From contig JAYPQH010000018.1 of assembly GCA_038131935.1 (NCBI GenBank), positions 32,001-96,000 of the forward strand: 64,000 nt of DNA. The letters are read 5' to 3'. Positions 1 through 10,966 of the stretch are shown piece by piece. The translations under genes and the position numbers were made by a program. The notes beneath the pieces are model-generated. The model was not told where the DNA came from and did no database searches. It worked only from the letters and a program-made list of their open reading frames with translations. Origin of the DNA: Alphaproteobacteria bacterium. GTDB taxonomy: Bacteria > Pseudomonadota > Alphaproteobacteria > UBA8317. Within the stretch, counting starts at the first letter, position 1, and each line of letters begins with the position of its first letter.

Positions 1-152
1 GTCGATACAGTCGTTTGTTGAAGCATGATTTCACTTACCAACACGCGATAGGCATGATCATTAGGTGGGACCATGCAAGGCGATACCCGCCATGGCAAAC
101 GACGCCCATGCTGCAAATACCAATCCCAAAGGGATGTTTTTATTTCATCCAT
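1..152 (-). CDS. mutY: A/G-specific adenine glycosylase, N-terminal part (runs off window)
   Basis: Not in ORF track. Manual translation from ATG at 152: MDEIKTSLWDWYLQHGRRLPWR...AYRVLVSEIMLQQTTV, the MutY N-terminal motifs. Divergent from DUF721-dsbA-smc as usual in alphaproteobacteria. Confidence 0.92.
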   Translation of the reverse strand, partial: MDEIKTSLWDWYLQHGRRLPWRVSPCMVPPNDHAYRVLVSEIMLQQTTVS

Positions 153-237
153 GAAAAACCCCATAATAAGGCAGGGGTTATGTCATCTTGCCAAATCATG
201 GCAAGATTACGCTAAGGGGCAAGGACAGAGGTGAACC

Positions 238-666
238 ATGGTAACAACGGTTAGAAGATCACAACCGAGGCCTGCAGGTCGCTATGTCTCAACATTGTTA
301 AAAGCGGTGCGAAAACAGCATGGATCAGATCATCTGGACCTATTTTTGTTATGGCAAGATGTCGTTGCACCACCTTGGTCAACCCTACTCAAGCCATTAC
401 GAATCACAAAGCATGGTAACAAAAATATTTTACAGGTGGGCTATGACGAGGCGGATGGATTTACCCTACATTACCAGCAAGAAGCCGTGCTCTACTCTAT
501 TCAACAACGGTTTCCGTCCCTAGACATCACAGCCTTGCGCTACAAAAAGATGTCAAACCCTATAAAAACTCAAAAGACACAAGAGGTTATACTGAAGTCT
601 CCCCCAACCAGTCTTCAAGAAGCGATTGAACGACTACAAGAACGCATCAATCAACAGAATGATTGA
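238..666 (+). CDS. DUF721/DciA family protein
   Basis: 142 aa with 'LLWQDVV...LKPLRI...LQV...LHYQQEAVLYSIQQRF' pattern; position between mutY and dsbA-smc. Confidence 0.7.
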   Translation: MVTTVRRSQPRPAGRYVSTLLKAVRKQHGSDHLDLFLLWQDVVAPPWSTLLKPLRITKHGNKNILQVGYDEADGFTLHYQQEAVLYSIQQRFPSLDITALRYKKMSNPIKTQKTQEVILKSPPTSLQEAIERLQERINQQND

Positions 667-718
667 ATTATAGCCCTATATCTAGTAGCATATCAGGGAT
701 TTCGTAGAGGAAATATAC

Positions 719-1336
719 ATGATCAAGTATTTTACAAACTTTTGCGTAACGATGTTTTTATTCATAGTAACGTCAACGGCAATGGCATCTGACAGCAAAC
801 AAAATATCGACTACGGCACGCTTGGGGTAGGAGATCCCAATGCGCCAGTGAAATTTATCGATTACTCCTCATTGACTTGTCCAGCATGTGCAAAATTTCA
901 CAACGGAACACTGCCCGCATTTAAGGAAAAATATGTAGAAACGGGAAAAGTATATTTCGAATTTCGTGATTTCCCACTGGACTCACTTGCTGCGGCGGCA
1001 GCCATGGTTGCGCGCTGTGCAGGTCCAGATAAGCGCTTGGCTATTGTCGATAAATTGTTCCAAGAGCAGCGAAACTGGCGTTCTGGAGAAACGGGACAAG
1101 AGGTCATCGATAAGGTGATGGCCCTTGCAGAACCATTAGGTTTGCCACGCGCAGATGCAGAGAATTGTTTGAATGACGAGAAGCTATTTAAAGCTGTGTT
1201 GAATGAGCGTGAACGTGGTTTAAACGAAGATGATGTAAAGGCTACCCCTACCCTCATCATTAATGGTGAAAAAATAAGTGGCGCTATGAGTTTAGATGAC
1301 ATCTCTAAAATCGTTGATCGCGCTATGGTTAAATAA
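719..1336 (+). CDS. DsbA-family thiol-disulfide oxidoreductase
   Basis: Signal peptide, G.PNAPV..IDYSSLTCPACAKFH (CxxC), FRDFPLD, cis-Pro motif ATPT. Confidence 0.9.
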   Translation: MIKYFTNFCVTMFLFIVTSTAMASDSKQNIDYGTLGVGDPNAPVKFIDYSSLTCPACAKFHNGTLPAFKEKYVETGKVYFEFRDFPLDSLAAAAAMVARCAGPDKRLAIVDKLFQEQRNWRSGETGQEVIDKVMALAEPLGLPRADAENCLNDEKLFKAVLNERERGLNEDDVKATPTLIINGEKISGAMSLDDISKIVDRAMVK

Positions 1337-1346
1337 TGATCTCACC

Positions 1347-4300
1347 ATGATGGATATCCGCAAACTCCGCCTCACTGGTTTCAAATCATTCGTTGACCCA
1401 ACAGAATTGGTGGTGGATGCGGGTTTGACTGGAGTGGTGGGACCAAATGGATGCGGAAAGTCCAATCTTCTTGAAGCGTTGCGCTGGGCGATGGGGGAGA
1501 ACCGCGCCAAAACCATGCGCGGTGAAGGCATGGAAGATGTCATCTTTGCAGGAACAGATAAAAGGGCTGCAAAATCCTATGCTGAGGTCTCAGTAATTCT
1601 GCGCAATACCACAAGTCTTCATGATGAAGACACAGAATTGCAGGTGTCACGCAGGATTCAACGAGGTGCAGGTTCCGTTTATAGGCTCAACGGCAGAGAA
1701 ACCCGGGCACGAGATGTCCAACATTTATTTGTTCAATCAGGATCTGGCGCCCATTCATCCTCGCTTGTGAGGCAAGGTCAAATTGCCCAAATTATACAAG
1801 CCAAACCTATGGATCGACGTATCATCATTGAAGAAGCTGCGGGGATCGGAGGACTACAGTCGCGCCGTCGGGAAGCTGAGCTTAAACTAAAGCAATCACA
1901 AGACAACCTGAGTGAAATTCAAGATCTAGAAGATAACCTGACAAAACAAATCCAATCTCTTCAACGACAGGCCAAACAAGCCCTTCGCTACCGAGAATTG
2001 TCCGACGACATTCGTGTATTGGAGCGCTCTTTGTTCATTCTGCGTCTTGTTGAACAACGTAATCAGCAGCATCAGACCGACCACGCCTTAAGGACAACAT
2101 TACAGGAGCTATCGCAAGCGCGGGCAGATCACAACAAACAAAAAGAAGCTGTTCTAGCCTGCGACGAAGCTCTTGAACCCATGCAAAAAGAACAACAAAT
2201 CGCGACAACACTACTTGCCACAGCGCAATTCCAAAGCCAGCAATGCCAAGAACAAATTCGAACCTATCAAGCACGTTCACAACAGTTACAGACGGAGGCC
2301 GCAAGGCTTCAAGCAGATCAAGAGGCATGGGAACAAGATCATCATGCGATCGAGGAAGAACAGGAACATATTGAAGCCCGCTTGCAGCATGTTCAATTGC
2401 AGCAACAACATGGCAATGATGAAGCCCTTGTTGCAGAGATAACCAAACTTACAGAACAACTTGCTGAGGTGGAGAACCGCCTATCACAAATGCGCGAAAA
2501 CCGTGCAATTAGAAGACATCAAGCCACGCAGCATAAAGCCGCTCAAGATAAATTACATTCAGAGCTTCGCCGTTTATCACAGCAATTAGAACAGGCTCAA
2601 ATGAGTTTGAAGCAGGCACAACATCGCCTTCAAGAGCTTGAACAAAAAAATATATGGACGGAACGACTCACAGAAATTGATCAATCTCTGCAAAATTTGA
2701 ACAAGGAGAAAGTAGAATTTCAATCCCAGCAAGTAACCCATCAAGAAGAGCTTACACACAAGGACAACGCACTATCTGAAGCCAGGAAACAACATGAAAG
2801 CCTGCAAGCTCAACGGATAGGACTTGAAAAACTTATCACGGCAGCACAACCAGAACGTGAAGATGCTCTTGCTCACCTCATACATGTTGATGAGGTTTAT
2901 GCTGAAGCCCTTGCTGCAGGGCTTGGCCAAGGCCTAGAGGCAGGGGCTGATGATGCGAAACCAGGCGCTTTCTGGCTTCCATCTCCCCCAAAGACGCCTG
3001 CCATGGTGGATAGCCTCTCCGCTTTTGTACAAGCACCCGAGTATGCTCAGACAGCCCTTAACCTTGGGCGCGTGAGAGAGTGTCTTGCAGATGCAGTGAG
3101 AGACGCCTCCCAGCTGAAGCCGGGTGAGTATTTTGTAACCCGTAAAGGCGACATCGTGCGTTTCGACGGTCTGGTGATACCTGCCGGTGGAAACACCGCA
3201 CAGGCAGCATTTTTAAAACATTCTGAACAACTGCGACAAGTTAAAAAACAACTTAAAGAGGCCGTGCTTGTTGTACAAAATGCACAAAAAGAAAGAGATG
3301 ATGTACACAAATATTTGCAACAGTTACGTGACCAATTGCATCACATTGATCGCATACATGAGGCTTTAATACGGGAACAACATCAGCAGCATGAGGCTTT
3401 GTTACATCATGAACGTCAACTTTCCACAGTCATGCTGGAACTTAAAAATGGCGAGCAAGAATGCACAAGGCTAGAGAAAGCTGTTGATGGGACAAAACAA
3501 CAACTTATTGAACTTGAAAAAACAAGTTTAGAACTTGAAAATCCCGAACATGAAGATGCTGCGATAAGTGACGCCCAACGTAATCGTGAAGCCATTCAAG
3601 CGCGCCGGTTAAAATCCCAAGAAACATTGACCCAGCGTCAAGGCGAAAGGCGCGCCTACGAGCAAAACCTATCCGAGTGCATGCGACAGAAGGAGCTGGT
3701 TGAAAAACGAGCCCAACAACATGAAGTCAGGCAAGAAAGTCTGAATGCTGCCTACAGGTCTTACCAAAGCCGTAAGCAGGAACTTGGCAAAGCGCCCCCT
3801 GAGCATGAAAGGATTCGCCTAGAAAAGGAAATTGGCTTGCATAAACAGAGACTTGACCAAGCCGAGAAAAAGCTTGCTGACATTTACGAGGAACGGCAGC
3901 AATGGCTTGAAACAGGACAACAACTTGCAACAAACATAGGCCGATTAACTGAGAAAAAAGACCAACTCATTCATCAAAAAGAGGAAATAACGGCATCACT
4001 TGCAAAAGCTTATGACGAATCGCTGGATCTTTATCGCACGTCATTTGATGATCTTCTGCATATCCATGGCGTTCCCGAAGAAGATGTGGAGACCCTCGAA
4101 ATTTTGTGCAGCAGAAAACAAAGAGAACGCGAAGCCATGGGGCCGGTCAACCTCCGAGCTGACTTGGAAATCGAGGAGTTGTCAGAGCACAAGCAGACCA
4201 TGACAGGGCAGCGTGAGGAACTCGAGACGGTTATTGCACAGTTGCATAGCGCTATACAAAAATTAAACCGTGAGGGTGATAAAAGGCTTCAAGCCGCATT

Positions 4301-4790
4301 TGACCGCGTCAACAATCATTTCCAGTCACTATTCCAACTCTTGTTCGAGGGGGGTGAGGCAAGCCTTACGCTGATTCGTGGTGACGATCCTTTGGATGTG
4401 GGGATCGATATTCATGCACAACCGCCGGGTAAAAAGACAAAAGCCATGACTTTGCTGTCTGGAGGCGAGCAGACCCTAACAGCTTTGGCTCTTATCTTTG
4501 CTGTCTTTTTGACCAATCCATCCCCTATTTGTGTTTTGGATGAAGTTGATGCTCCCTTAGATGATGCCAATGTTGATCGCTTTTGTCGCATGGTACGCAA
4601 TATTTCGCGGCAAACTGGCACAAAATTTCTGATCATCACGCACCATCCTCTCACAATGGCGCGTATGGATAGGCTTTATGGGGTTACAATGGCAGAGCGC
4701 GGTGTATCCCAATTGGTAACCGTTGATCTTCATGCCGCAACAGCCATCATCAAACCAACCAAAGAGACTGAGCTTCCTCAATCGGCCTGA
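1347..4790 (+). CDS. smc: Chromosome segregation protein SMC
   Basis: GFKSF, Walker A GPNGCGKSN, long coiled coils, LSGGE signature, DEVDAPLD. Start moved to ATG 1347/1350 to avoid overlap with dsbA. Confidence 0.96.
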   Translation: MMDIRKLRLTGFKSFVDPTELVVDAGLTGVVGPNGCGKSNLLEALRWAMGENRAKTMRGEGMEDVIFAGTDKRAAKSYAEVSVILRNTTSLHDEDTELQVSRRIQRGAGSVYRLNGRETRARDVQHLFVQSGSGAHSSSLVRQGQIAQIIQAKPMDRRIIIEEAAGIGGLQSRRREAELKLKQSQDNLSEIQDLEDNLTKQIQSLQRQAKQALRYRELSDDIRVLERSLFILRLVEQRNQQHQTDHALRTTLQELSQARADHNKQKEAVLACDEALEPMQKEQQIATTLLATAQFQSQQCQEQIRTYQARSQQLQTEAARLQADQEAWEQDHHAIEEEQEHIEARLQHVQLQQQHGNDEALVAEITKLTEQLAEVENRLSQMRENRAIRRHQATQHKAAQDKLHSELRRLSQQLEQAQMSLKQAQHRLQELEQKNIWTERLTEIDQSLQNLNKEKVEFQSQQVTHQEELTHKDNALSEARKQHESLQAQRIGLEKLITAAQPEREDALAHLIHVDEVYAEALAAGLGQGLEAGADDAKPGAFWLPSPPKTPAMVDSLSAFVQAPEYAQTALNLGRVRECLADAVRDASQLKPGEYFVTRKGDIVRFDGLVIPAGGNTAQAAFLKHSEQLRQVKKQLKEAVLVVQNAQKERDDVHKYLQQLRDQLHHIDRIHEALIREQHQQHEALLHHERQLSTVMLELKNGEQECTRLEKAVDGTKQQLIELEKTSLELENPEHEDAAISDAQRNREAIQARRLKSQETLTQRQGERRAYEQNLSECMRQKELVEKRAQQHEVRQESLNAAYRSYQSRKQELGKAPPEHERIRLEKEIGLHKQRLDQAEKKLADIYEERQQWLETGQQLATNIGRLTEKKDQLIHQKEEITASLAKAYDESLDLYRTSFDDLLHIHGVPEEDVETLEILCSRKQREREAMGPVNLRADLEIEELSEHKQTMTGQREELETVIAQLHSAIQKLNREGDKRLQAAFDRVNNHFQSLFQLLFEGGEASLTLIRGDDPLDVGIDIHAQPPGKKTKAMTLLSGGEQTLTALALIFAVFLTNPSPICVLDEVDAPLDDANVDRFCRMVRNISRQTGTKFLIITHHPLTMARMDRLYGVTMAERGVSQLVTVDLHAATAIIKPTKETELPQSA

Positions 4791-4864
4791 GGTTACCAAA
4801 GCTTATTCGGGAAAACTTTCGTCGTAATTGCTCCGAAATCAGCAAATGAAGCGTAATATGGAGC

Positions 4865-4894
4865 TTGACGTCCAGTACTCAGCAACTTTATGAA
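4865..4894 (+). promoter_or_regulatory. Putative sigma70 promoter of the atp F0 operon
   Basis: TTGACG, 18-nt spacer, TATGAA, about 70 nt upstream of atpI. Confidence 0.4.
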
Positions 4895-4964
4895 GGCGCT
4901 GTTTGTTGCTTGTCTTCTATTTGGTATATATTACCATTCACACGACTGTCTGGAACGGATGTAG

Positions 4965-5288
4965 ATGAGTGAACGTAACACTGATGATATTAATGACCTT
5001 GCTGCGCGTTTAGACAGTATAAAAAAGACGCGCGCGACGTCAGAAATTGCTGGCCAGAGGCGCAATAAGGGTCTTGGTTTGGCAATGCGTATGGGAATAG
5101 ACTTAGTTGCGGCTTGTTTTGTGGGCGGCTTTTTAGGTCATCTTATGGATCAAGCTCTTGGTACAAGGCCTTGGTTCATGTTGGGAATGTTTATCGTGGG
5201 CGTTGTGGCTGGAATGCGCAACATGGTCCGCTCGGCATATGAAGCTCAAGAGGCTGTATCGAAAGAGCAGGCCTCCAAAGAAGGTTAA
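4965..5288 (+). CDS. atpI: ATP synthase protein I (AtpZ/AtpI)
   Basis: Two-TM protein with 'G.GLAMR.G.DLVA...G.LG...D..LGT.PW' motif, first gene of F0 operon. Confidence 0.9.
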   Translation: MSERNTDDINDLAARLDSIKKTRATSEIAGQRRNKGLGLAMRMGIDLVAACFVGGFLGHLMDQALGTRPWFMLGMFIVGVVAGMRNMVRSAYEAQEAVSKEQASKEG

Positions 5289-5300
5289 GAGGAGCCATAC

Positions 5301-6038
5301 ATGGCAAGTGAAGGTAAGGTCTTTGACCCTATGCACCAATTCGAGATCGTTTCTTATGTTGATCTTGGCCCGTTCGACTTTACCAATTCATCATTATGGA
5401 TGTTTATTTCCGTGGCATTGGTCTCTGTCATTATTGGCCTTGGATCATCAGGGCGGGCGTTGGTACCGACAAGATGGCAATCCATTGCGGAATTATCTTA
5501 CGAGTTTGTGGCAGGCATGATCAGATCAACTGCAGGAAATGAAGGATTGAAGTATTTTCCGATTATTTTCACGTTGTTCATGTTCGTCTTGTCTGCGAAT
5601 TTGCTTGGCATGATGCCCGCAAGCATTGGAGCATTCACAACCACCAGCCATGTAGCTGTGACACTTACCATGGCTTTGGTTGTATTTTTTGCTGTGACAA
5701 TTTTAGGGTTTGTTAAACATGGGCCGGGCTACTTGAAGCTTTTTGTGCCACATGGTGTTCCTATGACCATCTTGCCTATCGTGGTCGTTATTGAAATTGT
5801 ATCATATCTCAGCAGGCCTATCACATTATCCGTTCGTTTGTTCGCCAATATGTTAGCCGGTCACACCATGTTGAAGGTGTTAGGTGGATTCGTTGTGCTA
5901 ATGGGTGTTGGTGGAATATTGCCACTGACAATATTAGTAGGTATCACAGCCTTAGAATTCTTAATTGCTTTCTTGCAGGCGTACGGTTTTACAATTTTGG
6001 CGTGTATTTATCTCAATGATGCCTTGCATTTGCATTAA
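5301..6038 (+). CDS. atpB: F0 ATP synthase subunit a
   Basis: DPMHQF, RPITLSVRLFANMLAGH, LQAY motifs; SD GAGGAG. Confidence 0.97.
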   Translation: MASEGKVFDPMHQFEIVSYVDLGPFDFTNSSLWMFISVALVSVIIGLGSSGRALVPTRWQSIAELSYEFVAGMIRSTAGNEGLKYFPIIFTLFMFVLSANLLGMMPASIGAFTTTSHVAVTLTMALVVFFAVTILGFVKHGPGYLKLFVPHGVPMTILPIVVVIEIVSYLSRPITLSVRLFANMLAGHTMLKVLGGFVVLMGVGGILPLTILVGITALEFLIAFLQAYGFTILACIYLNDALHLH

Positions 6039-6097
6039 AAACACGTCATCAACAGTTCCAGTTTTCGAAGAAACCAACCACTTTTAGGAGATTAAAT

Positions 6098-6337
6098 ATG
6101 GAAATCGAAGCAGCCCAATATCTTGGTAAATATGTTGGTGCAGGCCTTGCCGCGTTGGCATTGTTGGGTACTGGTGTCGGAATCGGCAGCGTCTTCTCAA
6201 GCTACTTGGCTGGTGCATTGCGCAACCCAGGTGCAGCACAGCAGCAGTTCCCAAACTTGTTGATCGGTGCCGCCCTCGTCGAAGCAACAGGTTTGTTTGC
6301 ATTGGTTGTCGCCTTGATCTTGATCTTTGTTGCGTAA
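6098..6337 (+). CDS. atpE: F0 ATP synthase subunit c
   Basis: GxGxGxG motif, RNP loop, carboxylate in LVEATG. Confidence 0.97.
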   Translation: MEIEAAQYLGKYVGAGLAALALLGTGVGIGSVFSSYLAGALRNPGAAQQQFPNLLIGAALVEATGLFALVVALILIFVA

Positions 6338-6360
6338 GTAAACCTTGCCCTTTTGGACCG

Positions 6361-6389
6361 AGGTAGGCCCGGTGGCCTACCTTTCCTTG
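6361..6389 (+). terminator. Stem-loop after atpE (partial terminator or mRNA stabiliser)
   Basis: AGGTAGGCC-CGGT-GGCCTACCT perfect 9-bp stem followed by TTCCTT. Confidence 0.6.
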
Positions 6390-6414
6390 TAACATTGTAT
6401 GTTGGGAGCTACAT

Positions 6415-6894
6415 ATGCCCCAGTTGGATTTTTCCACGTTTCCATCACAGATCTTTTGGCTGATCATTACGTTTGGTTTGTTATATCTTATCCTGGCTAA
6501 GAATTTCTTGCCCAGGATTGGTTCTGTTCTCGAACAGCGACGTGATACTGTTGATCACGACCTGATGAAGGCTCAACAACTTCGTGAAGAAGCACAGCAA
6601 GCTTTGGAAGAATACGAAGAAGCTCTTGTTCAAGCCCGCTCAGATGCACAGCGTTTGGCGCAGGAAGTGCGTGACGAAATTGCGAAGATAGCTGCAGAAC
6701 AAGAGGCACAAGCCATGGAAAAAATTTCTGCGCGTATGGTGAAAGCAGAGGAAGAATTGGCACAGCTTAGGAAAAATGCTGAAGAGCAGCTTCCAGAGAT
6801 TGTTGCTGATGTTGGTGCTGCTTTACGTGACCAATTTGCCCCTAACATTAACAAACGTTCATTCACTGCTGCCATAAAAGCACAACTGCGCTGA
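6415..6894 (+). CDS. atpG: F0 ATP synthase subunit b'
   Basis: MPQLDFSTFPSQIFWL N-terminus typical of alphaproteobacterial b', then coiled coil. Confidence 0.92.
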   Translation: MPQLDFSTFPSQIFWLIITFGLLYLILAKNFLPRIGSVLEQRRDTVDHDLMKAQQLREEAQQALEEYEEALVQARSDAQRLAQEVRDEIAKIAAEQEAQAMEKISARMVKAEEELAQLRKNAEEQLPEIVADVGAALRDQFAPNINKRSFTAAIKAQLR

Positions 6895-6904
6895 GGTCTC
6901 TGAT

Positions 6905-7390
6905 ATGTTTTCCAATGCTGCTTTCTGGGTTGATATCTCTTTACTCATTCTGGTGTTAGGATGTGTTTGGCTCGGTGTGCATAAAAAAATTCTGGCTGCA
7001 TTGGATGCACGTTCAGAGTCCATTCGTTCAGAATTAGACCAAGCGCGCCAGCTGCGTGAAGATGCGAATGCTTTATTGGCGAAGTATCAGCGCCAGAAGA
7101 AGGAAGCTGAAGATCAGGCACAGGTCATTCTCGATAATGCTCGACGCGACGCTCAGGCGCAACTTGAGCAAGCTAAAATTGATATTGAAGCAAGAACACA
7201 AGCACGCATTCGTGCTGTTGAACAGAAAATTGCCAACAGCCAATCAGAAATCATTCGCGACCTACGTCATCAGGCGATTGACATGGCATTTGCGGCACTT
7301 CGTCAAGTCGCTTATGAGAAATTTGATGAGAAGCAAGCCAAGGAACAAAATAGCCTGTCCATCAAAAATCTTGAAGGACGCCTGCACTAA
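6905..7390 (+). CDS. atpF: F0 ATP synthase subunit b
   Basis: N-terminal TM (FWV...), LDAR...I..EL..A..LREDA coiled coil. Confidence 0.92.
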   Translation: MFSNAAFWVDISLLILVLGCVWLGVHKKILAALDARSESIRSELDQARQLREDANALLAKYQRQKKEAEDQAQVILDNARRDAQAQLEQAKIDIEARTQARIRAVEQKIANSQSEIIRDLRHQAIDMAFAALRQVAYEKFDEKQAKEQNSLSIKNLEGRLH

Positions 7391-7472
7391 TCCATTTCCA
7401 TATGGTTAAAAGCTTTTGTTCATGTTGGATGCTACTGACCTTAAAAAGCATGGGAACCATGTGAACAACGTT

Positions 7473-7946
7473 TCATTGCGTGGAGTCTCCTACCGGATTT
7501 AAAAACCCACTCATCAGGGTGATGTTTTGGTTCTCTGGGCTGTTGCTCATCACAAAGTCTTCCACCACCTCGAAGGTTCTTCCTTTGCGCCCTTCAATAG
7601 GAATCTCTAAACCCAGAACGCGTCGGTCTAAGACCTGGTCTTGCGCATCTACCCGGACCACGAAAATGGGCATTCTTATTGTTTTGTCCTCATCATCCAT
7701 TTGACTGTAGGTAAATTCCAGTTTGACTGCGGCCACAATATCGTTCCCCTCTTGAACACAGGCGGTCTGGGCATAACTCATATCCACCGTGATCCCATCT
7801 TTGAAGGTTCGTTCTGCTCCTTTTAAGATAGCTCCTTTGGGACAAAATATGTCACCTTTCTTTGAACCAATCCCCATCTGTGCACAGCCTGCGAGAATCA
7901 TCGCGGTAGAGATCAACCCAAGATATGTTTTTGAACTGGTTTTCAC
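7473..7946 (-). CDS. Hypothetical lipoprotein
   Basis: GTG start, lipobox LAGC, CP motif; divergent from ispH. Confidence 0.7.
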   Translation of the reverse strand: MKTSSKTYLGLISTAMILAGCAQMGIGSKKGDIFCPKGAILKGAERTFKDGITVDMSYAQTACVQEGNDIVAAVKLEFTYSQMDDEDKTIRMPIFVVRVDAQDQVLDRRVLGLEIPIEGRKGRTFEVVEDFVMSNSPENQNITLMSGFLNPVGDSTQ

Positions 7947-8053
7947 GACATAAACCTTTCAAGATGGTGGAGAAACTTTAAGCTTAGCCTAGAATTCTTT
8001 CATGAGGCTTGGCATAAGTTCTTGTAAACCATAAACCAAGTAGAGAGTAGAGC

Positions 8054-9012
8054 ATGCAACGAAATGAACAAAATAAAGATCTAGAAATCGTTCTTGCTGC
8101 TCCACGTGGGTTTTGCGCAGGGGTAGATCGCGCCATTCAAATTGTTGAACAAGCCATTAGAAAATTTGGTGCTCCTGTTTATGTACGCCATGAAATTGTG
8201 CATAACCGCTATGTTGTTGAGCGTTTAGAGGCTTTAGGGGCGATATTTGTTGAGGAGCTTGACGAAGTTCCTACAGAGTCTCCGGTTATTTTTTCAGCAC
8301 ATGGCGTTCCAAAATCTGTTCCTGCAGAAGCAAAGCGAAGAGAAATGACATTCGTTGATGCCACCTGCCCTTTGGTTTCAAAGGTTCATATTGATGCGGA
8401 GCGCCATTATGAGCGGGGCCATCATGTACTACTCATAGGCCATGCAGGACATCCTGAAGTTCTCGGCACCATGGGGCAGTTACCTGATGGAAGTATGACC
8501 CTCGTTGAAACCGTAGAGGATGTTCAAAACATCACACCACCAAGCAAGCAGCTGGCCTATGTCACACAAACAACTTTATCTGTAGATGATACCCAAGAGA
8601 TCGTGGATGCCCTGCGTCAAAGGTTTCCAGATATCCAAGAACCTCACAAAGACGATATTTGTTATGCAACCACCAATAGACAAAAAGCCGTTCATGAACT
8701 TGCAAACCAAGTGGATGCCATCATTGTTGTAGGTGCACCAAATTCCTCCAACTCTCTAAGACTTGTGGAAAAGGCCAAAATGTCTGGTTGTCCCATGCCA
8801 TTCTTGTTCAGACCGTCAATGATTTGCCATCTGATTTCTCAGAAAAATTCAGTAAAATAGGAATTACAGCTGGGGCCTCTGCCCCTGAAATTTTGATTGA
8901 ACAAATTATTGAAAAATTGTCCGACAAGCGTCATGCACATATAAGAGAACATGTTGTTGCCCGCGAAGATGTCATTTTCAAGTTACCACGATTGCTGCGC
9001 GAGACGCATTAA
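8054..9012 (+). CDS. ispH: 4-hydroxy-3-methylbut-2-enyl diphosphate reductase (split by apparent 1-nt deletion at CCC 8792-8794)
   Basis: [32 protein letters not shown] in ORF 8054; [10 protein letters not shown] and FKLP in the next frame. Confidence 0.95.
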
Positions 9013-9977
9013 TGGCTGTATTCACAGAAGTCGACAATAAAGAACTGGAAGAATTCTGGTCAGGGTACCATTTGGGAGAGATCCTCAGCATCAATGGTAT
9101 TGCTGAAGGCGTTGAAAACTCAAATTTTTTTATTCAAACAACAGATAAACGCTATATTCTCACTCTATTTGAGAAGCGGGTTAAACCAGAAGACCTACCC
9201 TATTTTGTTGGGCTGATGGATCATGTGAGCCAGCAAGGGTTTTCATGTCCACAACCCATGTTTCCACATAACGCCAACCCAATAGGCTCCTTATCAAACA
9301 GACCCGCTCTGGTAACGTCATTCCTTCACGGCCTATCTGTTAAAAAACCTACGGTTTCTGACTGCCACATGTTGGGACAAGCGTTGGCGCAATTTCATGG
9401 AGCTGCATCTGGATTCAAAATGCATCGCCCTAATAATTTATCTTATCCTAGCTGGGTGGAGATGTATCAGCATTTAGAAGAAAAACTTTTGAAGCATGAC
9501 CCCACAGGTGCATCATTATGCCAGCAAGCTTTATTGCGCTTATCCCAAGAATGGCCAGGGGGACTGCCCTACGGTCATATTCATGCAGATCTCTTTCCTG
9601 ACAATGTTTTTTTTCGACAGGGACAAGTTTCAGGTTTCATTGATTTCTATTTTGCATGCCAAGATATGTTGGCCTATGATATTGCAATTTGTATTAATGC
9701 TTGGTGTTTTGAGCCTGATGGTAGTTTAAACGTCACCAAATCTTCATCTTTACTTTCTGGATACCAAACTGTTCGTTCACTAGAAAACGCAGAGCGTGAA
9801 GCTTTAGGGCTTTTATGTTTAGGGTCCTCGTTACGTTTTTACCTCACACGGGCTCATGACCTTATTCATCATGACCCTAATTGGTTGGTAACACCCAAAA
9901 ACCCCCACGATTATATCTTAAGAATGCGCACCCATTTGCGTGCAAATGGGGCTTCTGACTATGGATTATGGTCATGA
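9012..9977 (+). CDS. thrB: Homoserine kinase, type II (APH-like)
   Basis: [35 protein letters not shown]. Confidence 0.95.
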   Translation: MAVFTEVDNKELEEFWSGYHLGEILSINGIAEGVENSNFFIQTTDKRYILTLFEKRVKPEDLPYFVGLMDHVSQQGFSCPQPMFPHNANPIGSLSNRPALVTSFLHGLSVKKPTVSDCHMLGQALAQFHGAASGFKMHRPNNLSYPSWVEMYQHLEEKLLKHDPTGASLCQQALLRLSQEWPGGLPYGHIHADLFPDNVFFRQGQVSGFIDFYFACQDMLAYDIAICINAWCFEPDGSLNVTKSSSLLSGYQTVRSLENAEREALGLLCLGSSLRFYLTRAHDLIHHDPNWLVTPKNPHDYILRMRTHLRANGASDYGLWS

Positions 9978-10420
9978 ATCAGAGGGTCATCATTTATACT
10001 GATGGCGCCTGCCAAGGAAACCCTGGTCCGGGGGGATGGGGGGTTGTTTTACGATATGGTGATGCTGAAAAAACACTTCATGGTGGTCAACCTGACACCA
10101 CCAACAATAGAATGGAGCTCATGGCTGCCATTAAGGGCTTAGAGCAATTGAAAAGACCTTGCAGCGTCGATCTTTATACCGATTCTGTCTACGTGCGTGA
10201 TGGCATCACAAAATGGATACATGGCTGGCAAAAAAACAATTGGCGAACAAGCAACAAAAAGCCGGTTAAGAACGAGGATCTTTGGAAAATATTATGGCCC
10301 CTCACGCAAAAACATAATGTCACGTGGCATTGGGTGAAAGGACATGCCGGGAACCCAGATAACGAGCGAGCGGATGCGCTCGCCCGTCAAGGCGCTCAGG
10401 AATTGAGCAACGTGAATTAA
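9974..10420 (+). CDS. rnhA: Ribonuclease HI
   Basis: [36 protein letters not shown]; ATGA overlap with thrB. Confidence 0.97.
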   Translation: MNQRVIIYTDGACQGNPGPGGWGVVLRYGDAEKTLHGGQPDTTNNRMELMAAIKGLEQLKRPCSVDLYTDSVYVRDGITKWIHGWQKNNWRTSNKKPVKNEDLWKILWPLTQKHNVTWHWVKGHAGNPDNERADALARQGAQELSNVN

Positions 10421-10899
10421 AGGCGTTCCAACACAGCTTCGACGGAGGTTTCCTCGAAAACACCTGGACCATCGATATGGAGTGACGTCACAACACCATT
10501 TTCAATAACCATGGCGTAGCGTTTTGAACGCAAACCCAAGCCTGCACCGGACGCATCCATTTCAAGACCCATGGCTTTTGCCAATTCAGCATTACCGTCA
10601 GAAAGCATATCAACCTTGCCAGCAGCCTGATTATCCTGACCCCAAGCTTTCATCACAAACGGGTCGTTCACAGCAATACATGCTACTTTGTCGATACCTT
10701 TTGCTTTCACCGCATCAGAACGCTCAACGAATCCTGGCAAATGCTTTGCTGAACAGGTTGGGGTATAAGCACCCGGTACAGAGAACAAAACAACCTTGGC
10801 ACCTGCACAGTACTCAGCGAAATCAAATTTCTCTGGGCCATTTTCACCAATTGTGAACACCGGTACAGATGGAACATTTTGACCAACAGCAATACTCAT
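10417..10899 (-). CDS. Peroxiredoxin (Prx5/type II)
   Basis: [30 protein letters not shown]. Confidence 0.95.
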   Translation of the reverse strand: MSIAVGQNVPSVPVFTIGENGPEKFDFAEYCAGAKVVLFSVPGAYTPTCSAKHLPGFVERSDAVKAKGIDKVACIAVNDPFVMKAWGQDNQAAGKVDMLSDGNAELAKAMGLEMDASGAGLGLRSKRYAMVIENGVVTSLHIDGPGVFEETSVEAVLERL

Positions 10900-10966
10900 A
10901 GAAAAATCCTTTCAAAGATATAAGCAGAACTACTTATTATGTATCTCTGATATGCAACCCGTTGCA

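Noticed and set aside
6098-6337. Na+-coupled ATP synthase
   Set aside because: Subunit c has EAT and no Gln in helix 1; the Q...ES(T)..Y sodium signature is absent, so H+-type.
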